From a virus: a stretch of 64,000 nt of DNA. Shown piece after piece: positions 1 to 8,494 of the stretch (positions within the stretch are counted from its first letter, which is position 1; every line of letters starts with the position of its first letter). The DNA is taken from IMG/VR virus record IMGVR_UViG_3300032893_000017, positions 33,319 through 97,318 of that record; one strand, given 5' to 3'. The notes beneath the pieces were generated by a model. The model made no database searches, was not told the origin of the DNA, and saw only the letters and a program-made list of their open reading frames with translations. Made by a program: the position numbers and the translations under genes.

Positions 1-1873
1 TAATTTTTGTTCTTAGATTCTGTGCTTCTTTCTTTAAACCTTTTATCTTATCTAGTGCATTATTTTCTATATGTTCTACTTCACTTTCAAAATAGGATTC
101 TATATTATCAATGAATTTTTCATATTTGTTCTTATCTAGTGTATTTCTTAAGTGCATAGCCAATAGATTCATAGACTTCTCTAATCCTATTCCTTCTATA
201 AGTCGCTTGAAGTCCATGTTAATATCTAAGAATTTATTTGTCAGTGCATTTACTTGTCTTGTTCCTGCTTTATTGATAAGTAAGTTTATATTTGCTAAAG
301 AATCTCCATCACTGAGTTTTGATAATACAGTGTATAATGATTCTGAATTATTTTTATAGCTTATTTTATCAAACCGTTTTCCTATTTCCTCTACATCTTC
401 TTTTGAAACTTCTAAGCCTTCTATTTTAATGTTCATTAGGTTCTCATATTTTTCTTTGTTTACTTTTTTATATTCCTTTTCAAATGATTCTTTTTTAGCA
501 AGATTGTCTATATATTGTTTTGTTTTCTTTCTTATTTCACTTTTATTTTCTAATGCTTGTTTGTCTAATCCAGAATTGAATGTTATTTTTATTCCTTCTT
601 CATTATTAAGTTCATTCTTTACATCATTAACAAGTTCCAATCCATAATGATATTCATTTGGGATGTTTACATATAGTTCGTCCTTCTTATCTGTCTGTAC
701 TTCTTTGTAGTTTGCCAGTTTGTTGCAGTCTTTTATTTTACTTTGTTTCTTTCTTCTTAATACTTCTGATAATACTGTTTGTATAGTTTGTTCCTTTTGC
801 TCTTCAGATAGTTTATCATTCTTGTCTAGATTTGTTTTTAATTTTGTAGCAATGGATTCTAGTTCTTTATTTTCCTTTTCTTTGTTTGTTACTTCTTTTA
901 ACACTGCTCTTCTAGAGTCTTTTATTGATTTGTCTATTTCTTTTCTGGTTTCTTTTTTCTTTGTTTTTATCTCTTCTTTAATTCTTACTTTTTCTAATTG
1001 TCTTTCTGTAAGCTGTTTTTCTTCTTTGGGTTTTTCCAATTTGTCTTTCTTAGCATTTACTTTGAAAGTAAGATGTGATTTTGTTTTATCAAATTGAATA
1101 TTATAACCTGCATTTCTAGCTGCTTGAAAGTCTACTGCAAATTTCTCACTACTATATCTTGTAATAGGAATATGTCTTCCTTCAATTGTCACCCATACTG
1201 TTGCCCCTATTGGAATAGAATGAAAGTCTATTCTTCCTTCTGCTGTTAATTTAGGTTTAATAAAAGCTTTCAATAATGTCATTGATCTAGGGTTAAAGGA
1301 TTTCTTTATATTCTCTCTTGCTACATCATCAATCAATTTAAATCCACAAGCACAATTATTTCTCAGCATCTCTAAATAACTCTTGTCAATTATCATTCCT
1401 TCTATATACCATTTGAATATGGTTGCAAACACCTCTTTTATATTGCTGCTTGTATGCTCATTTAAAAATAAATGATTCTTTTCTTTTCTTATTTGTATTC
1501 TCAATTTATCCAGCTTAACTTTTACAATTGTATTGTTGTCTAATCCCCATTTATGAAACATCATGTGACCCAACTCATGTAAGCAGTCTGATCTAAAGTC
1601 TGGAGAGTGTTCATACAATATAATTATATTTTCATCCAACTGTGCTCTGTCTAATTTATTGTCTTCTTTATTCTTGTATAAGTGTATTATTATAGGTTGC
1701 TTTAAATTAAGAAATGATTTTATTTTTGTAAGTAAAGGTTCCAATTCTTGTTTTACTCTGTTACCTTCTTGCCGTTTCCATTCTATATTGTCTATGTGAA
1801 TGTTTTGAGATTTCTGCAATTTATTTTTATTTAATATTTTTATATCTTTTTCTTTCCAAAGAAATTTATTCAT
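1..1873 (-). CDS. Large head-associated polyvalent protein with N-terminal zincin metallopeptidase domain (runs off the window edge)
   Basis: Not in the ORF track. I translated it from ATG 1873 (GAGGT SD, overlapping the upstream stop) and found it open to the window end: MNKFLWKE...CLHELGHMM (1565-1579)...EVFATIF...WVTIEGRHIPI, then a Lys/Glu-rich coiled region. Confidence 0.8.
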   Translation of the reverse strand, partial: MNKFLWKEKDIKILNKNKLQKSQNIHIDNIEWKRQEGNRVKQELEPLLTKIKSFLNLKQPIIIHLYKNKEDNKLDRAQLDENIIILYEHSPDFRSDCLHELGHMMFHKWGLDNNTIVKVKLDKLRIQIRKEKNHLFLNEHTSSNIKEVFATIFKWYIEGMIIDKSYLEMLRNNCACGFKLIDDVARENIKKSFNPRSMTLLKAFIKPKLTAEGRIDFHSIPIGATVWVTIEGRHIPITRYSSEKFAVDFQAARNAGYNIQFDKTKSHLTFKVNAKKDKLEKPKEEKQLTERQLEKVRIKEEIKTKKKETRKEIDKSIKDSRRAVLKEVTNKEKENKELESIATKLKTNLDKNDKLSEEQKEQTIQTVLSEVLRRKKQSKIKDCNKLANYKEVQTDKKDELYVNIPNEYHYGLELVNDVKNELNNEEGIKITFNSGLDKQALENKSEIRKKTKQYIDNLAKKESFEKEYKKVNKEKYENLMNIKIEGLEVSKEDVEEIGKRFDKISYKNNSESLYTVLSKLSDGDSLANINLLINKAGTRQVNALTNKFLDINMDFKRLIEGIGLEKSMNLLAMHLRNTLDKNKYEKFIDNIESYFESEVEHIENNALDKIKGLKKEAQNLRTKI

Positions 1874-4274
1874 TAATTACCTCAACTTCCAATATTGTTC
1901 TTCCTTTTTTACTTTTATATTTTTTTTTAATTTTAAATTTCATTCCATCTATTGCTAAAAATTCCATTTCTATACTATTAAATCCCATTGAAACTATTCC
2001 ACTATCATTTATCCTTCTTAATGCAGGAGCAACTTTACTTCCTTTAGGAAAAGTAATCTCCATTAAAGCCCCATTTTCTGATTCATGTTTTGCAAAAGTA
2101 AAAGCAATAAATTTATCTCCTGTCCAAGAACTAAAAGATGGAGATTGAAAAATATCTCCCTCTTTTAAATCTTCTGTAAATAATTTTCCCATTACTCCTC
2201 TATAAACAATAATATTATTTTTTAGTGGGTTATTATTTATATAATTTCTAATATTTTTTATTTGTTTATCAACAATTTTATTTGTTTCTTCTAAATCTTT
2301 TCCTTTGAATAATTTTCTATCTTTTACATTTAAAAATCTTTCTCTTACATAATCATAAGAATTTCCAGAGTAAGAAGATACGTCTTCTAAAATCTCTTTA
2401 TTTTTAATATAAAATTCATCAATATACTTTTTATAATTTTCATTAACCCATTTATCATAATCTTCTTCAGTTCCTAAAAATACAGGTTCTTTTTTTATTT
2501 CTTTATAAATGTATTCTGCATTCTTGCCTTCACCTATCTTTTTGATATATTTGTGATTTAATCTGCTTGATTTTCTTAATTCTTTCTTCTTAAAATAGAA
2601 CTTCATCTCGTCTTTGAACTTCTTCAATGACATTGGTATTATTCCACCAAACATTTCTTTTGTCATTGTTTTTATGTATTTACTTTCAAATTCCTGTGCT
2701 GTCCCAAATCCTATTCCAAACTTTAATTCATCAAACTTTCCATCTAGCTTTTGAATAAGCATGTAGATTGTACTGTATTGCTTAATAGGTCTATTGATAC
2801 ATACATCTATATCTTCCCCGTCTGGACTGTCTGTGTTTTTGATATATCCATAATCATATTCCATTAAATTTTTATATGGACTGCCTGGATATTCCCTTGT
2901 TTCTCCTTTTCTCCATTCTATAGCAATATCTAATCCTTTGAAGTTTATTGTTTCTTTTGTTGAATCATTTTTTAATAGGTCTAATTTTTTATCTCTAAAA
3001 GACTTCTCTACTTTCCATTCTATTGCATTTATTTCTGGGTTGTATTGCTGAAACTCTGGATGAAACTCAGACCAAAAATGCGTGCAGTGAGGATGGCTGG
3101 GAATTGCTATCCATTTCTTGCCTATTGCATCCTTTCCTACCCATATATAGTATTCTGCAAATTCGTCATTTGCTATATCTGAGTTTCTAGACTTTGGAAC
3201 AAGTAAGCAAACCTTTCCTATCCACTTATTGCATGGCTGATCTGGCTTTTCTTGTTTGTTATATTCACCACTGTATATGAAGTATTTCTTTTCACCTGTT
3301 TTTAAGCTGTCCTGTAACCCTGCTGCTAAATAACCATTGTTCATTGCCATAGATGTTTCTGTTAAGATGATCCTTCTAAGATCCCTTTCATATGCCTGCT
3401 TTGTTTCGTTTGTTAAGTCTTTTCCTAACTCGTCTTCTAAGTCTACATGGTATAATCTACTTATCATTTCTTGTTTTGACAATCCATCTTCCAGCCCACT
3501 TACTATATTTTTTCTTACTATGTCTCTTATCTTTGTATAAGCATCTCCCTGTATTGATAGATACTTCGCTGCATTTTCTTTTGCGAACTTAATTGCTTGT
3601 GATAACTGTTCATTTCTATCTATTTCTTTTTTTATGTAGTTTTTGTCATTTATTCTCTCTCCATACTTGTCTACTATATTGTCATAAGACATTCTTTTCT
3701 GTTCTTCTTTGTCAATTCCTTCTTCATCCATCCATTTTAATAGTAATCCAAATAATCCTGCTCTTACTATTGTTTCATCCTCTAGATCAATATTGTCTTT
3801 AAAGTAGTTTACAACATCTTTATTGAAAGACTCCCACTCTGCATTGGTCATTAACTGTTTTGTCTCTGGGTTGTAGATTACTTTTCCTTTAAATTGAATT
3901 GGTTCTAACTTTTTCTTTTTTCCTATTCCAAAGGATTGAAACTTATCTATTGCTTTTTTATACTTGTCTCTAAGTTCTGTCCACAAGGATTTCATTAGCA
4001 ATGCTTCTTCTGTTATTTCACCTTGACTAGCTTTCAATAAATCATACATTGGAAAAGAATAAGACTTTCTTACTGACGAAGGATCTACTTCCAATTTTAA
4101 ACATAGTCCTATCATTATTCCTTCTGTAAGTTCATGAAGATATTCTAACAATGCTAATTGGTATTCTTGTATAAAACGAAATTGAGAGAATTCATATTCA
4201 TCTAGATTCTTTATTGCCTTCTCTAGAATATCAAAAAAGTTATTATTGTATTTTGTAGGAATTCTTAGTTTCAT
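1866..4274 (-). CDS. MuF/gp7-like minor head protein fused to a pyrophosphatase-like domain and a C-terminal VIP2/Alt-like ADP-ribosyltransferase
   Basis: RRIILTETSMAMNNG and IPSHPHC (MuF); YDYGYIKNTDSPDGEDIDV and DELK (PPase fold); VYRG, SFSSWT, EMEFL (R-S-ExE ART). Confidence 0.8.
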   Translation of the reverse strand: MKLRIPTKYNNNFFDILEKAIKNLDEYEFSQFRFIQEYQLALLEYLHELTEGIMIGLCLKLEVDPSSVRKSYSFPMYDLLKASQGEITEEALLMKSLWTELRDKYKKAIDKFQSFGIGKKKKLEPIQFKGKVIYNPETKQLMTNAEWESFNKDVVNYFKDNIDLEDETIVRAGLFGLLLKWMDEEGIDKEEQKRMSYDNIVDKYGERINDKNYIKKEIDRNEQLSQAIKFAKENAAKYLSIQGDAYTKIRDIVRKNIVSGLEDGLSKQEMISRLYHVDLEDELGKDLTNETKQAYERDLRRIILTETSMAMNNGYLAAGLQDSLKTGEKKYFIYSGEYNKQEKPDQPCNKWIGKVCLLVPKSRNSDIANDEFAEYYIWVGKDAIGKKWIAIPSHPHCTHFWSEFHPEFQQYNPEINAIEWKVEKSFRDKKLDLLKNDSTKETINFKGLDIAIEWRKGETREYPGSPYKNLMEYDYGYIKNTDSPDGEDIDVCINRPIKQYSTIYMLIQKLDGKFDELKFGIGFGTAQEFESKYIKTMTKEMFGGIIPMSLKKFKDEMKFYFKKKELRKSSRLNHKYIKKIGEGKNAEYIYKEIKKEPVFLGTEEDYDKWVNENYKKYIDEFYIKNKEILEDVSSYSGNSYDYVRERFLNVKDRKLFKGKDLEETNKIVDKQIKNIRNYINNNPLKNNIIVYRGVMGKLFTEDLKEGDIFQSPSFSSWTGDKFIAFTFAKHESENGALMEITFPKGSKVAPALRRINDSGIVSMGFNSIEMEFLAIDGMKFKIKKKYKSKKGRTILEVEVINE

Positions 4275-4281
4275 TGCTTTC

Positions 4282-4611
4282 CTAATATTGCATTATTGGT
4301 TGCATTAATCCATGATTTCTCATCCATACTTCCCTGAATTTTTTACTAAACAGTTTTATCCACTTATGATAGATTCCTTCACCTGGATCTGTACCTATTT
4401 TCTTTGCTATAGCTTCCCTGTATTGTTTCATAGCAGTAATTTGGTCTTGCATGAATCGATGGAAGGTTTCCTGATCCATATCTTTTTCTTTATAGATGTA
4501 TCTATTTCCTTCCTTCCTTAGATACTTATGTGATAGTGCTTTTAATAATCCATTATCTTCTAGAGTAAATGACTTAAAGAAATATTCATCGAATAAAAAA
4601 GGTTGATTCAT
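4282..4611 (-). CDS. Small head-module protein carrying the HKY tag
   Basis: YFFKS...LLKALSHKYLRKEGNRYIYKE motif shared with neighbouring genes. Confidence 0.6.
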   Translation of the reverse strand: MNQPFLFDEYFFKSFTLEDNGLLKALSHKYLRKEGNRYIYKEKDMDQETFHRFMQDQITAMKQYREAIAKKIGTDPGEGIYHKWIKLFSKKFREVWMRNHGLMQPIMQY

Positions 4612-4612
4612 T

Positions 4613-7246
4613 CTATTCTCCTTTTTCTATACACTGTAATAATTTATCATAATATTGCTGATCTTTAATTATCCCTTTCTTTACTTTATCTTCTGTGTCC
4701 CATCTTTTTTTTGTTATTTGTTTTCCCAAAACAAGTTCTTTATCTGAAGTAGACTTAAAAACTAAAGACTTTTGCATCTCCTGCTTAAATGCTCTCATAA
4801 ATATATCTTTTAATTTTTCTAAATCACTTTTTGTAAAGTCTGAAAGGCTACCTGTAGGAGCATCTGTTACTCTTACTTCTGTTTTTTTGTTTTTTAGCAA
4901 TACATCATGCAATAGCTGATTCCCAAATCTTGCTACCATTTCAGAATCATCCGCGTAATATTTACTATTACTGCTGCTTAAAAACTTTTGATAAGACTTT
5001 GTTTTCTTAACTTCTTTTACAAAAAGAACACGATCTTGATTCCAGATAGGGTTGCCGTCTTTATATCCTAATACTCTTTCTGTGTAGAACAAATGATGAA
5101 AGTATTCGTGAACAAAAGAATTCTTGAATTTAGATCCTATTGTTATACTTTTATTTGAGGGACTGTAAAAAGCTCGTGCTACCTTATTATAAGAAATCTG
5201 TGCATAATCTTTTTGAAAAGATATTGATAAATTAGTGTGATTTGCAAAACCTAAATCTTTTAAAAGTTCTAATTGATACATAATATTACACCATGCTTTT
5301 TTATTTTCAGGTGTAATATTATTTTGGATGCTTACTTTGAAGTTCTTATTAGCATAATCATACATTTCCTCTATTTTCATTTTCTCAAATTTTTTTATAG
5401 AAATCATTTTTTCAATATTCTCTAGAGTTTCATTTTCTTTCTTATCTGTCTCTTCATAAATATATTTTGCATTCTTGCCTTCACCTATCTTTTTAATATA
5501 CTTATGATTTATCTTTGATTTAAAGAATACTATTTGAGTTCCAATTGACTTAATTAGTATATCTATCTTTTCCATAATTGCATTTATTGGTTGATCACTC
5601 TTAATCATTTCTGAATACTTGCTTCCTATTTCTTTTATCTTTTTGAGTATTTTATGCACCATTACTGGAGATATTTTTATTGCTGTTGCTATTTCTTTTC
5701 CTGTTTGCTTCTTTGTTAAAAGATCTACTACTTTCTTTTCATTCTTTGTTTTTAATTCTGATTTTATTTTACTTAAAAAGTCTTTTACGTTTTTAGTTCT
5801 TTCCTTCTGTTCTTGTTCATACTGTTCATTTGTTTTGTATTCCTTTGATATTAAATCTATTTTATCAATATCACTTTCTACATTCTCGTCTAATGCAGGT
5901 GTATTAAGAATCTTTTCAAAACGTTTGTCTAGAATGTTGTCTCTGTCCACTCCCTGTATACCTACATACTCTCCAGTTTTAGGGTCTTTTATTTCTCCAT
6001 GCTTCATATATCCTTTTATGTAAGTGTATAAGTAAGTAGAAAAAGTATTTGGAGGATATTTTTTAAGATTGAAATTTCTTATTGCATGTATCATTCCCAA
6101 ATTGCCATTTTGATATGCATCCTCTACATCTATCTTTCCCGTTTCATAATCCATAAGAAGATTTTTATTACGCTGAATTACTGCTGTGATATATTTTTGA
6201 TTCTCTACAATAAAATTAGCTCTTGTTGCCCTATCTTCTTTTAACGTATTTATTTGTTCTGCTGATATATTGCCTATATTTATTCCTGTTCTAAGTGTAT
6301 ATGATTTTCCTTCCTTTGTTATTCCTTCTACTATCTTTCCACTTTCATCTCTATACCAATATCTGTAATTTCCTTTACCTCCCTGTCTACGAATGTATTT
6401 ATGTCCAGATTTCATTATTCCAGTAATATTTTTGATAAGATTGAAAAATCCTAGTTTAATTGACTTTGCCATCTCCAAAGCATGTTGTTTTACTACAAAC
6501 TCTTTTCCTGCTTCGTCTACTAATTTTACTATCCCGTCTTTTATTTCTTTTATTGTAGCAACTAATCCTCTTCCTTGGTGTTGATGAATACCTTCTTTTG
6601 ATTTTGCATCTGGTTTGATTCTAACTTTTGCTCCTATTTTAATTTCTGGTTTTTGTTCCCCGTCTTTCTTTTGTGTTGTTTTCTTTTCTGCATACTGTTT
6701 TGCTTTTTCATAGTCATTTGTGATTTTTGTTTTGCCATCCCAATAGAAACCATCTTTGAATTCCAATCCTTCTATTCGTTTGGGTTCTTGTTTAGCCTTA
6801 GGCTGGTCACCTTTAGCTTCTTCATAAATATATTTATCACCTTCCTTACGAAGATATTTATGAGACATTATATTTTTAAAAAAGACTAAATTAACTTTTT
6901 TTTTTAAGTCTGTTAAAGATTTTAAGAAGCCTATTATTACATTTGGTTTAGATTTTTTTGTTAGTCCTGCTTCTGAAAGTGCAATCGCAATAGCCTGCTT
7001 TCTATTCGTAACTTTATCACCACTTCCAGACCTTAGTTTCTTTCTTTTAAATTCCCCCATGACAACATGCACCTTGTCTTGTTTGTTTTTTAGCTTTTTT
7101 CTTTTCTTAGCTCCAGCACCTAATTTATCTGGGTGCTTGTATGCTTCTTCTACTGTCATTTTTTCTGCAGCATCTACAATATACTTTGGAAGTGCTTCCT
7201 GTTCGTTTCCTATTTTGGATTTAATTAAAAAAACTAATTTCGTCAT
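4613..7246 (-). CDS. Multidomain protein: DUF6496-like, KOW/SH3-like, sigma-70 regions 2 and 4, zincin peptidase
   Basis: KVHVVMGEFK..LRSGSG..VTNRKQAIAIALSEAG; IKIGAKVRI; VEDAYQNGNLGMIHAIRNF..FSTYLYTYIKG and TGKEIATAIKISPVMVHKI; FVHEYFHH..SEMVAR. Confidence 0.75.
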   Translation of the reverse strand: MTKLVFLIKSKIGNEQEALPKYIVDAAEKMTVEEAYKHPDKLGAGAKKRKKLKNKQDKVHVVMGEFKRKKLRSGSGDKVTNRKQAIAIALSEAGLTKKSKPNVIIGFLKSLTDLKKKVNLVFFKNIMSHKYLRKEGDKYIYEEAKGDQPKAKQEPKRIEGLEFKDGFYWDGKTKITNDYEKAKQYAEKKTTQKKDGEQKPEIKIGAKVRIKPDAKSKEGIHQHQGRGLVATIKEIKDGIVKLVDEAGKEFVVKQHALEMAKSIKLGFFNLIKNITGIMKSGHKYIRRQGGKGNYRYWYRDESGKIVEGITKEGKSYTLRTGINIGNISAEQINTLKEDRATRANFIVENQKYITAVIQRNKNLLMDYETGKIDVEDAYQNGNLGMIHAIRNFNLKKYPPNTFSTYLYTYIKGYMKHGEIKDPKTGEYVGIQGVDRDNILDKRFEKILNTPALDENVESDIDKIDLISKEYKTNEQYEQEQKERTKNVKDFLSKIKSELKTKNEKKVVDLLTKKQTGKEIATAIKISPVMVHKILKKIKEIGSKYSEMIKSDQPINAIMEKIDILIKSIGTQIVFFKSKINHKYIKKIGEGKNAKYIYEETDKKENETLENIEKMISIKKFEKMKIEEMYDYANKNFKVSIQNNITPENKKAWCNIMYQLELLKDLGFANHTNLSISFQKDYAQISYNKVARAFYSPSNKSITIGSKFKNSFVHEYFHHLFYTERVLGYKDGNPIWNQDRVLFVKEVKKTKSYQKFLSSSNSKYYADDSEMVARFGNQLLHDVLLKNKKTEVRVTDAPTGSLSDFTKSDLEKLKDIFMRAFKQEMQKSLVFKSTSDKELVLGKQITKKRWDTEDKVKKGIIKDQQYYDKLLQCIEKGE

Positions 7247-7258
7247 ATTGTTTTATCC

Positions 7259-7459
7259 TTAATTTATTTTTTCTGGTTCTTCTACTATCTCTTTAATTAG
7301 CACTTGGTTACGAATTAAATTATCTTCTATAATTGTTACTACACTAAATCTACAATTATATTTTTTCATCAATTCGTTTACCTTTTCGCAGCATTCCTTT
7401 GCATTAGGTTCTGCTGCTTCTTTGTTTTCTTTTGGATCTATGACCTGCATTTCATCCAT
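7259..7459 (-). CDS. Hypothetical protein
   Basis: ORF with AAGGAG SD, coupled to neighbours. Confidence 0.55.
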   Translation of the reverse strand: MDEMQVIDPKENKEAAEPNAKECCEKVNELMKKYNCRFSVVTIIEDNLIRNQVLIKEIVEEPEKIN

Positions 7460-7664
7460 GGTTTATCTCCTTGTCTTTCATATTTGAACTACAAGAAGGA
7501 CAATAGTTGTGCCATAAGTTATTTATCTTTTTGGCTGTCCATCCCTGCTTTTTTAGTTCCCTCATTAAAAAATTCCAATTGTTATCTGCCCAAATTTCTT
7601 TCCTGCATCCACAGTTATTGTCACAGATTATTTCATAATCGCCATCTCCAATATTTGTTATCAT
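7452..7664 (-). CDS. Small Cys-rich (zinc-ribbon-like) phage protein
   Basis: ICDNNC...KKQGW...HNYCPSC. Confidence 0.6.
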   Translation of the reverse strand: MITNIGDGDYEIICDNNCGCRKEIWADNNWNFLMRELKKQGWTAKKINNLWHNYCPSCSSNMKDKEINHG

Positions 7665-7673
7665 TTAACACTC

Positions 7674-7949
7674 CTATATTAAATGTTTAGTTACTTCTAG
7701 AAGTAAAGTTTCTATTTCTTCTGTTGTCTTTAATGAAAATACTTCTCTATACCAATACTTGCTCTCTACTGGAATATATGTCAATGTCAACAGATATCCA
7801 TTGCTTATCATTTCTAAGGTAAAACTGAACCAGTTTATTTTGATACTATCGTCTTTAAATACTTTTATTCCCATCTCCTCTATCATTTTTCTGTGCTTAG
7901 CTGGTATTTGTATTGGTTCTGGTTTTACTTCTATTTTCTTCTTTTCCAT
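7674..7949 (-). CDS. Hypothetical protein
   Basis: ORF in operon with AAGGA SD. Confidence 0.55.
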   Translation of the reverse strand: MEKKKIEVKPEPIQIPAKHRKMIEEMGIKVFKDDSIKINWFSFTLEMISNGYLLTLTYIPVESKYWYREVFSLKTTEEIETLLLEVTKHLI

Positions 7950-7958
7950 TGTAGTTCC

Positions 7959-8378
7959 TTAAAGCTTTAAAATGTTTTTTGTCTTTAGTATGATATATAT
8001 TTTCTCTTTTGCATTTGATTTGTCATGTGCTGGTTCATACTGTAATCCTTTTTCCATCATCTCATCTACTGCTTCAGTTGTCTCATGCAATAGAACATGA
8101 TAGTAAGTAACTGTTTGTAAGTTGTTGTCTATCCATACTTCATATTCTGGGATATATTTCTTTGCCATCCAGTTTCCAGCTTCATCAAAGTCCATATCAT
8201 GGTTTCTTTTTACATAAGTTCCATTTACTGTAAAGACTTTTATCTTTACTTTTTTGTAGACAAGTGTTCCTATAAAGAGTTTTTGTAAACTCCCATCCAT
8301 TTTTTCTTCATTGAATTTTTCTATGATATCTACTAGAGTTTTGAAGTCTTGCGCATCTTGTTTTAAATTATCTTCCAT
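7959..8378 (-). CDS. Putative zincin-like protein (HExxE variant)
   Basis: EVWID...LLHETTE...YEPAH. Confidence 0.5.
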   Translation of the reverse strand: MEDNLKQDAQDFKTLVDIIEKFNEEKMDGSLQKLFIGTLVYKKVKIKVFTVNGTYVKRNHDMDFDEAGNWMAKKYIPEYEVWIDNNLQTVTYYHVLLHETTEAVDEMMEKGLQYEPAHDKSNAKEKIYIILKTKNILKL

Positions 8379-8482
8379 TATTTTATCCTACTAGTAAAGA
8401 TCTGTTTTTGAATTCTTCTATTATGGCCTTGCAGAAAAGTATTTTTACATTCTTGACCACAATTACAGGCGCATAAGTTCAT
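8378..8482 (-). CDS. 34-aa CxCxCG..GHN mini-protein (not in ORF track)
   Basis: MNLCACNCGQECKNTFLQGHNRRIQKQIFTSRIK; AAGGA SD; TAATG overlap with the next gene. Confidence 0.55.
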   Translation of the reverse strand: MNLCACNCGQECKNTFLQGHNRRIQKQIFTSRIK

Positions 8483-8494
8483 ATAATTTCCTTC

